From Candidatus Saccharimonadales bacterium (GTDB taxonomy: Bacteria; Patescibacteriota; Saccharimonadia; Saccharimonadales; SZUA-47): a stretch of 64,000 bases of DNA. Numbering within the stretch: the stretch's first letter is position 1; the number at the start of each line of letters is the position of its first letter. Location: positions 128 through 64,127 of the forward strand of contig JBGSRU010000005.1 of NCBI GenBank assembly GCA_041737385.1, written 5' to 3'. Positions 57,543 to 64,000 of the stretch are shown here, in pieces. Made by a program: the position numbers and the translations under genes. The notes below the pieces were generated by a model that was not told where the DNA came from, searched no databases, and saw only the letters and a list, made by a program, of their open reading frames with translations.

Positions 57543-57811
57543 GGCTAGTATGGACTACGACAAAAGCGAAGTTCGTAACATCAAGGGACTGCTACTTAGC
57601 GTGGCATAGCCCCCCTATGCCTTGACCTTTGATATTTCAGAAAGCTCGTAAACGCACATACTACCTAAAAATGTGTCGCTATCAAAAAATCATTTGTTTT
57701 CCGAAATAGCCCAACAACTACAACGCACTAACAGTGGTAGCTTTGTTGGGAATAATTGTTAGAAAAAGACGATATTTTCAGCACATACCCTTACGGCTGT
57801 AAAATAGAAAT

Positions 57812-58762
57812 ATGACAAAGCAGATAACAAAGAAACAGCACTTCGCACCACGCTTTTATTTCAAACGGTTTGCTGTTGATAATATGTTACAGACTTTAGA
57901 TATTCAAAAAGGCAAACTTATAAAAGCACGACCTTATAGCGGTGTTTGTTATGCCGACTTTTACTACGCTGTTGAAACTGGAAAAGAAGACGAAACAAGC
58001 CAAGTATTTGAACAGTATTTTAGCGACATTGAAGATAAGTTTGCCAAAGAGTATGACGCCATCGTTGACGCAATATGGAACTATCGCCCACTAACAGACC
58101 AGCAGTTAGATATTCTAGCGTGGTTTATGGCTTCCCTTTGGATTAGAAGTCCGCATATGCGAAGACAGGTAAACAAGACTATGGCTGATGGTATGAAGCA
58201 AATAACTACATTAATGGCTTCACACCCAAACTTTACCGAAGGGGCTAAAGAAGGTTTAGAAAAAGAGGGACATAAAGTATCTGATGAGCAGATTGAAAAC
58301 GCTAGAAAGACGCTTGAAAGTGGCGAGTATGAACTAACCTTTGAGAATAACATCAACCACCTAAATCTGATTGCACACTGTGAAGAGTTTCATAGGTGGT
58401 TTCTTATAAAAAAATGGCGGTTTTATTTAGCCAAAGGCTCAAAAAAGTTCATAACTACCGATACACCAGTGATTGAAGTATTCAATAAAACTGGTAAAAC
58501 AATGATTGAAAAAATGTACAGCAACCATATAGCCCAAAGACGACACTACTTTGCTTTGACACCCGAAATACTAATTGAGCTTATTGACCCTCTAACTCCT
58601 GGCAAGAAGCAAAAACGGCACGCACTATCAGACGATAGAGCGGTGATTGAAATAAACCGCCTACTTGTTATCTACTCAAAAGATTATGCCTACGCCAATG
58701 ACAAAGAGTATCTTGAAGATTTACTACAATTCTATACAGGCGTACCACAGGAAGTGATATAG
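57812..58762 (+). CDS. DUF4238-family protein (family of the single-gene anti-phage system Rst_DUF4238)
   Basis: The N-terminal KKQHFAPRFYFKRFA matches the H(Y/F)xP(Q/R)FYL(K/R)xF signature I recall for DUF4238. Size 316 aa. Confidence 0.6.
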   Translation: MTKQITKKQHFAPRFYFKRFAVDNMLQTLDIQKGKLIKARPYSGVCYADFYYAVETGKEDETSQVFEQYFSDIEDKFAKEYDAIVDAIWNYRPLTDQQLDILAWFMASLWIRSPHMRRQVNKTMADGMKQITTLMASHPNFTEGAKEGLEKEGHKVSDEQIENARKTLESGEYELTFENNINHLNLIAHCEEFHRWFLIKKWRFYLAKGSKKFITTDTPVIEVFNKTGKTMIEKMYSNHIAQRRHYFALTPEILIELIDPLTPGKKQKRHALSDDRAVIEINRLLVIYSKDYAYANDKEYLEDLLQFYTGVPQEVI

Positions 58763-58856
58763 GGGGGGGTAGTCGCCCCTTGTTCTAGCGTTTAGAGACT
58801 CCGCCGTGTATATACCTAATTTGTGGGAGCAGAAAAAACCAAGTGTTTTTCTATAC

Positions 58857-59609
58857 CTAGACTGACAACCTTTTGTCTTCGTATTCTTTCTGTTCAATCG
58901 CCTTTTGTTTTATCTTATCAAGTATGTCCCTCGGTCCAGATAGGTAGCTCTCAAACTCTTTAATGTTTGAGTCCTTAATCCAAAGCTGACCCTCGCCAAC
59001 ATTGCCCCTATGCTGACCTTTTGAGAAATACTTATTACTTTCAACATCGTGGCTAGAAAGCACCCAATACCTAATAGCGTCACGCCATACGCCGACCCAG
59101 ACAAAAACATCACAGTGTGCAGGTTTTATCTGCTGAAAGTTCATATCAAAACCGTGTGTAGAGTCGCTAGAAAGGGCTTTGTTAATAAGCGAGTCGCCAC
59201 TTTTTCTTTTGACAGCCCGTGAAGCTTTTACTTCAATGCGAACACCCTCATACCAAAAATCATAATCGCCTGCATAAGCGTCGTGGTAGTCTTTTGAGGG
59301 ACGCTTTAGCTCAGGTGCAAGCTCATTGAGGTGTCGTTGAGCCCACGTTTCGCCGAAAGTTCTAGGTGCTGTAATTTCAAAAATATACAGATACTTGTTT
59401 TTCTCAAGATAGGCATTTCTTATCTCAAGGTATTGGTCTAGGTTTAATATGTCTTCCGCAATCAAGTGGCTAATAACATACTCAAACTTGTTAAAAGGAA
59501 ACACAGAGTAAAGACTGTCTAGTGCTTCATCGCTCAAATCATACTTATCGCCACACTTGTCGTGTAACCTTTTAATTTCTGCCTTTAATTCTTCAATCAG
59601 TTGTTCCAT
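58857..59609 (-). CDS. putative type II restriction endonuclease (PD-(D/E)xK)
   Basis: GDYDFWYEGVRIEVKAS fits D..(11-13)..ExK. Overlaps the methylase stop by 17 nt. Confidence 0.45.
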   Translation of the reverse strand: MEQLIEELKAEIKRLHDKCGDKYDLSDEALDSLYSVFPFNKFEYVISHLIAEDILNLDQYLEIRNAYLEKNKYLYIFEITAPRTFGETWAQRHLNELAPELKRPSKDYHDAYAGDYDFWYEGVRIEVKASRAVKRKSGDSLINKALSSDSTHGFDMNFQQIKPAHCDVFVWVGVWRDAIRYWVLSSHDVESNKYFSKGQHRGNVGEGQLWIKDSNIKEFESYLSGPRDILDKIKQKAIEQKEYEDKRLSV

Positions 59610-61335
59610 ATACTTCCTTCTTTATACACTTTATCTCAATAGCACTTATCTTGTAATAGTTGTAGATAAAATCTTGTAGCTTTTTATCGTCTGTTTTTCC
59701 TAAAATAACGTCATCAACCATATTGCTAACAACCTTATCTGTCTTGCTGTCTATTTCAGGAAACGGTAGCTGTAACAAATTGCCTTTCAAGATTTTAATC
59801 TCACGAAATAGCTTCATATACAAATACTGATAAAGTTCGGAGTTAAGAAAAGCAGAAACAGACTTTACCGACATATTAGGCACGTTTGGAACTAGTATAT
59901 TTGCACTATTTAGAAAAAGGCTTGCCGAATCATCAACAGCGAAGACTAGTTTTTTAGAAATGAACTTATAGACAAGTTTTGGTTTTGCTCTGTAAATCTC
60001 GTCTTTGGCAACCTGTTGAAGTTGACTGCGGTCATATCTTATGTAGTACTTTGAAGGCTTCAAAGTATAAGGAGCAATTTCTTTACCTGTGTATATTTTT
60101 TCTAGGTCTTTCTTTGCTTCAAGATGAAGCTTCTCTTTATTGCTACCCGTAACAATCCCTAATGCCCAAATACTCTCACTCAAATCGTAACGCTTTTGTT
60201 CTAGAACCTTTTCTATGATTGACTCGTCTGTTGAGTCAGATAGTCGGAAGATATAGTTAGGGTTATCGCTATAAACTGCCTTTTCTACGCCCCACGAACG
60301 ATTAGCTACGTCAATTTCAACTTCACTTGAGTTGCCTGAATAGTTTGCCGTGAGTGCCACATACTTAGTAGTTACTCCGCTAAACAGGTCAGCGTACATT
60401 TTTATAGCAACTAAATCAGCTTTGGTCAGCAGATAATGACGAATATCTCTGTGAGTTTTTACATTAAGAATTGACTCGGGTAGCAGAAACCTTAATTGAC
60501 CAGATTTTTTCAATCGTCTGTGTGCTTCTACCAAGAAACAAGAAAATGTTTCCCCTGATATAATCTCAGGATAATTTTTTGTATTGGTTACTGAAGCACC
60601 CCAAGGTGGATTAGTAACTATATAGTCAAACTTTAGGTCTAAATCTTTTCCGTTAGAGCTAAGAAAGTCATCATTGAATATGTTGACGACCTTTGCCTTA
60701 GGAAACCTTAGAAAATAATTGAACTTAGCAATCATAACTGCGATAGGGTCAATGTCAGTTGCAAAGATATTTTCTGGCTTGATATTAGGTATGTTCAAGA
60801 GGTAAACAAGACTACCGCAACAAGGGTCTAATACTTTACTCGCCGATGTAAGTTTTATGTCTTCAACCATATCTCTCACGACACTCTTAGGCGTGTAGTA
60901 AGAGCCTTGGGCATTTTTGACACCCTCTTGTAATAGACATTGGTAAATTAAGCCCAGTAAATCACTTTCGTCTTTCGGAAAATCGTCTATATTCAAATCT
61001 TCAATAACTGAATACCCACAGTCGTCAAGAAACTTGCTAATCAAAGGGTTACTAGCTACATTTGAGTCTTTTACAATGCCGTTTAATGCTAATAGTTTTA
61101 CGCCAACTGAAAATAACACTTTACCTGTGTCGTCATACTTTTCAGCAAGCTTTTGAGTTATGTCTTCAATTTTCTTAATGTTCGGCTTGCTGTCAAAGTA
61201 CTCAACAGGAGTTATACGCTTTGTGGAAAGCCTTTTATTCGCCCTTGATACTAGCTTGCCTTCGGTTGTGTTTACCCCTAGCTTTTCCCAGTTTCTCTTC
61301 GTGGCTTCTGATACTTGGTTATTTGTTTTCGGCAT
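59593..61335 (-). CDS. N6-adenine DNA methyltransferase (gamma class, Eco57I/TaqI-like with C-terminal specificity domain)
   Basis: Motif I VLDPCCGS lies upstream of motif IV TNPPWG. Confidence 0.85.
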   Translation of the reverse strand: MPKTNNQVSEATKRNWEKLGVNTTEGKLVSRANKRLSTKRITPVEYFDSKPNIKKIEDITQKLAEKYDDTGKVLFSVGVKLLALNGIVKDSNVASNPLISKFLDDCGYSVIEDLNIDDFPKDESDLLGLIYQCLLQEGVKNAQGSYYTPKSVVRDMVEDIKLTSASKVLDPCCGSLVYLLNIPNIKPENIFATDIDPIAVMIAKFNYFLRFPKAKVVNIFNDDFLSSNGKDLDLKFDYIVTNPPWGASVTNTKNYPEIISGETFSCFLVEAHRRLKKSGQLRFLLPESILNVKTHRDIRHYLLTKADLVAIKMYADLFSGVTTKYVALTANYSGNSSEVEIDVANRSWGVEKAVYSDNPNYIFRLSDSTDESIIEKVLEQKRYDLSESIWALGIVTGSNKEKLHLEAKKDLEKIYTGKEIAPYTLKPSKYYIRYDRSQLQQVAKDEIYRAKPKLVYKFISKKLVFAVDDSASLFLNSANILVPNVPNMSVKSVSAFLNSELYQYLYMKLFREIKILKGNLLQLPFPEIDSKTDKVVSNMVDDVILGKTDDKKLQDFIYNYYKISAIEIKCIKKEVYGTTD

Positions 61336-61340
61336 ATTCC

Positions 61341-61529
61341 CTAATTACTTTTTTCAATAAACTTTATTAAATCGACTTTTTTGTATCGCATAGCCTTACG
61401 ACTACCTAGACGGAACGCCTTCAACGTGCCGTTTCTGTCCCAATTACGAAGCGTTGGTTGACTGACTTGTAGAAACTTGCTTGCTTGGGCGAGTGTCAGA
61501 TATTCAGGTTCGTCATTTTTAGCGTTCAT
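61341..61529 (-). CDS. excisionase/MerR-type HTH DNA-binding protein
   Basis: YLTLAQASKFLQVSQPTLRNWDRNG is an HTH_17-type motif. 62 aa. Confidence 0.7.
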   Translation of the reverse strand: MNAKNDEPEYLTLAQASKFLQVSQPTLRNWDRNGTLKAFRLGSRKAMRYKKVDLIKFIEKSN

Positions 61530-61548
61530 ACTACCAATATCATATAAT

Positions 61549-61572
61549 AAGTACTAAGTACTTGGAAGTACT
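61549..61572. promoter_or_regulatory. three AAGTACT repeats in a divergent promoter region
   Basis: aagtact at 61549, 61556 and 61566. TATAAT at 61544-61549. Confidence 0.4.
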
Positions 61573-61590
61573 AAGAAAAGACGTAGCGAA

Positions 61591-62340
61591 ATGGCAGATG
61601 ACAAAAGTAGTAAAGAAGTTTCACTAAACCTAGATGACCCAAAATATAGTAAGGGGTTGTCCGTTGACGAGTGGCAAAAACTTTCCAAGCAAAACCCTAC
61701 TACTCTAACGCCTTCACAACAAAAAACACTTACCCAAGCAAACGATAGTATTAGAGAAGCCACGAAAGGCATAAGCACCCAACTGGCAAGTATAGTAAAG
61801 GGTGTTTCAATGCCCGACATACGCTCACTTATGCCAGATATTCCAAAGTCGCCAGCCTTGTCTATTTCCAGCCTATCGTTACCACCGATTGAAACCTATC
61901 AGCCAAACTTTGATGATATAGACTTTACACCAGATACAACGATGGTTGATAACCAAATCAAACAGACCGCTTTATTAGAACGCCTGCTTGAAGTCCAAAG
62001 CCAACAGCAACAAAATAGCGATTTGATGAAACTGATTGAGCCACGTTATGACCGCAAGAAACGTGTTATCACGTTCGCCAATACTCAAACAAGGCTCGTT
62101 GCTGACAGCGATAATGAAATTATATGTAAAAAGTTATTTTGGGACGGACGCCCCGTAAGACGCCCTGTTGAAAAAGGCGACATTATGGAACTGCTAGGTA
62201 CTACTGACAAGAAGGCTTTCTATAACAAGGTTGCTTCCTTGAATAAACTCATTGAAAAAACGACAGGTGTTGATAAGCTATTTGATTTTGTTGATAAAAA
62301 ACTCTGGTTCAATACCAAATACGTAGAATTACCTCTGTAA
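61591..62340 (+). CDS. hypothetical protein
   Basis: 249-aa ORF. No family recognised. Confidence 0.5.
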   Translation: MADDKSSKEVSLNLDDPKYSKGLSVDEWQKLSKQNPTTLTPSQQKTLTQANDSIREATKGISTQLASIVKGVSMPDIRSLMPDIPKSPALSISSLSLPPIETYQPNFDDIDFTPDTTMVDNQIKQTALLERLLEVQSQQQQNSDLMKLIEPRYDRKKRVITFANTQTRLVADSDNEIICKKLFWDGRPVRRPVEKGDIMELLGTTDKKAFYNKVASLNKLIEKTTGVDKLFDFVDKKLWFNTKYVELPL

Positions 62341-62376
62341 GACGTCTGCGGACACCTACTTTCACATACTGGAAGT

Positions 62377-62541
62377 ATGGACAACCAAATAGAGCCAAAG
62401 CCAAATACAACCGTCATTGACGAGCCTGAATTGGTATTAGACGAAGACGAGCAGTTTCAACTCGCCAAGTTTCTTGACGCTCTTTTGGAAGCCGATATGA
62501 CCAATAAAAGTAACGAAAGGCAACGCAAGCAATGTTTGTAA
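62377..62541 (+). CDS. small acidic hypothetical protein (54 aa)
   Basis: Hand translation gives MDNQIEPKPNTTVIDEPELVLDEDEQFQLAKFLDALLEADMTNKSNERQRKQCL*. Below the track's cutoff. Confidence 0.3.
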   Translation: MDNQIEPKPNTTVIDEPELVLDEDEQFQLAKFLDALLEADMTNKSNERQRKQCL

Positions 62542-62831
62542 GTGAAGTCAGCGTAATGCCCGTCAAGCCAAACAATGGCTTGATAGCCATAGCCAGCGTT
62601 GTTATAAACGACTGTATCTACCTCAATTCTATTGCCGTTTATACCAAACTAGACGGCTCGTATCGCCTGCTTTACCCGACAAAACAAGTAGGTAATAAGT
62701 CGGTTGGTTATCACTACCCAATCAACCGACCAACTAGCAGGTTGATAGAAGACGCCGTGTTCAAAAAATGTAGCGAACTATTTCAAGGAAGTAACGATGA
62801 TAGACACGGTAAAAATACTTTTGACTTATAG
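62532..62831 (+). CDS. SpoVG-like protein
   Basis: VSEVSVMPVKPNNGLIAIASVVINDCIYLNSIAVY parallels the SpoVG N-terminus (..V.....G.L.A.ASI..D..F.V..I.V). Confidence 0.5.
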   Translation: MFVSEVSVMPVKPNNGLIAIASVVINDCIYLNSIAVYTKLDGSYRLLYPTKQVGNKSVGYHYPINRPTSRLIEDAVFKKCSELFQGSNDDRHGKNTFDL

Positions 62832-63921
62832 CAGTCAGCCAAAATGGGTAACGGAAGCCAAGCTATTCACTAACGTAGACGCAACTAAAGGCGTCTTCGT
62901 GGCATACAACAACCCAAGTAGTGCCTATAAGAAACTAGGCATTTACCAGCCACGCCTTACATATACCGAAAGACCAAGAGGTAGGCATATCAAGTCGTAT
63001 CAACTTGCCGTTGAGTTTTCCGCACCGAAGCTACTTTTCAGCAACAACTTCACGGAACTAACGGACGCCGACTTTGACGCCGTTATTGCCAAGCTGTCAG
63101 AAGTACTACGCACGACTTATGGCGTTTGGGTATTTCCGCACTTATTGACTAATGCCCAAGTGGGTAAAATAGACTACTCAAAAAACATCGTGTTTGATGA
63201 CCACACACCAGTTTCAACCATTACAGAAATACTGCGTAAAGCTGACATATCACGCCGTTACGATGTTCAGCATACCAACTTCAAGAATGGCGGACACGTC
63301 TATCACATACACACTAACAGCCTTGATATTGCCTTCTATGATAAGGTTGCCGATTTACGCCAAAACAAAGTCAGTGAAAAGCGTAGTTATGAAAAAGGTG
63401 GCTATACACAGTTGAGCCTACTAGACGAATTAGAAAAGCAAAAGACAGTCAGCGTTGCTCGTTTTGAGATACGACTAAATGGCGTTGCCAAACTACGCAA
63501 AGAACTAAAAGTTATTGGTGTTGATAGTACCGACATTACCTTTCGCACACTTTTCAAGACCGACATATCACGCAAGGTACTACTACGGCACTGGAAGAAC
63601 ATATTTGATGAACTGCCCAAAGCACCGTTTGCCGTATTAGACACTGCTGAACAAAACCTTATTTCGTATAAACAATCATACCCATACGCCAAGCCAGCCG
63701 AAACAGCCTTTGCTGTAATGCTCGCTATGATACGCAAAGACCACGATGACGAACGCTATGTTCGCAATGTCATAGAAGAATTGTTTGGTAAGCACACCTA
63801 CTACCGATACAAACGCAACGGACGCTCGCCACCTACCAAAACCCAACTCAAAACTTTACTACATATAGAAGCCACACTGACAGAAATGAAACCTGTGAGT
63901 ATTGACGACTATACGCTGTAA
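62797..63921 (+). CDS. replication initiation protein, Rep_trans / gene II-like (rolling-circle type)
   Basis: MIDTVKIL N-terminus. LDIAFYDK and ARFEIRL resemble the YDK and R.E.el motifs of Rep_trans. VYHIHT could be an HUH-like motif. Confidence 0.55.
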   Translation: MIDTVKILLTYSSQPKWVTEAKLFTNVDATKGVFVAYNNPSSAYKKLGIYQPRLTYTERPRGRHIKSYQLAVEFSAPKLLFSNNFTELTDADFDAVIAKLSEVLRTTYGVWVFPHLLTNAQVGKIDYSKNIVFDDHTPVSTITEILRKADISRRYDVQHTNFKNGGHVYHIHTNSLDIAFYDKVADLRQNKVSEKRSYEKGGYTQLSLLDELEKQKTVSVARFEIRLNGVAKLRKELKVIGVDSTDITFRTLFKTDISRKVLLRHWKNIFDELPKAPFAVLDTAEQNLISYKQSYPYAKPAETAFAVMLAMIRKDHDDERYVRNVIEELFGKHTYYRYKRNGRSPPTKTQLKTLLHIEATLTEMKPVSIDDYTL

Positions 63922-64000
63922 ATTATAAGGTATTAGTAGCAAATATCATCAAATATCACTATAATTCAACTATGAAAAGGAATAGCCACTATGAAAAACG

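Larger units (their letters stand above)
57700..64000. mobile_element. left part of an integrated plasmid/phage-like element (defence cargo, HTH, Rep_trans-like initiator); right end lies outside the window
   Basis: Gene content 57812-63921. The junction repeat array ends immediately to the left. Confidence 0.5.

Noticed and set aside
57368-57640. tmRNA (standard or permuted) suggested by a T-arm-like hairpin and a GCAAACGAA-initiated tag-like frame.
   Set aside because: There is no GGGG..UCCACCA acceptor pairing and no G3-U70. The T-arm precedes the tag without a matching acceptor piece. Pairing evidence favours the opposite strand. I keep it only as a hypothesis to test with ARAGORN.
63973-64000. 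ATG-initiated frame at the window edge (MKRNSHYEK..).
   Set aside because: Only 9 codons are visible, which is too short to call.

Overview
No rRNA, tRNA or CRISPR array was detected in this 64 kb chromosomal segment, which holds about 70 protein genes. GC content is roughly 40 percent. Gene content suggests a small-genome Patescibacteria/CPR organism, possibly Saccharibacteria-like: dTDP-rhamnose genes, a short ComEC, lamin-tail-domain and DUF285/BspA surface proteins, and a giant repeat protein. That taxonomic call is inference only. Layout by region follows. (1) 1-3.6 kb holds three secreted or anchored proteins on the minus strand. (2) 3.7-19 kb is a cell-envelope glycan locus: rmlABCD, PGM/PMM, a cytidylyltransferase-like gene, glmS, GT4, a polyprenyl-phosphate sugar transferase, a methyltransferase and GtrA. 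This locus is interrupted by an insertion carrying an AAA ATPase and a PIN toxin-antitoxin pair, flanked by a duplicated rfbA 3' end, and by a second VapBC-like pair. (3) 19-27.6 kb encodes a LexA-DBD-only regulator, a 2038-aa surface protein and a MacB-type ABC pair. In the large protein about 13 propeller-type repeats sit inside a split LamG domain, followed by FN3 domains. (4) 27.7-31.6 kb encodes a secreted DUF1524/HNH nuclease, a ComEC that lacks the beta-lactamase domain, and a membrane-anchored lamin-tail-domain protein. (5) 31.6-50.3 kb is a mixed set of housekeeping and accessory genes, including a Fur-family regulator divergent from two unknown genes and next to a predicted metal permease operon. 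(6) 50.3-57.6 kb is the most unusual part. One- to three-gene modules are each bounded by copies of one junction-repeat family, which consists of a hairpin plus the core GCTTATGCTTGGCTC. Two of those copies contain nested, highly structured non-coding inserts. (7) 57.8-64 kb is the left part of an apparent integrated mobile element carrying a DUF4238 defence-type gene, a type II R-M pair with an excisionase-type HTH, a SpoVG-like gene and a Rep_trans-like rolling-circle initiator. Many genes have a -10 box exactly 6 nt upstream of the start codon, which suggests leaderless mRNAs. All functional calls rest on motifs I recognised by eye; no database search was run.
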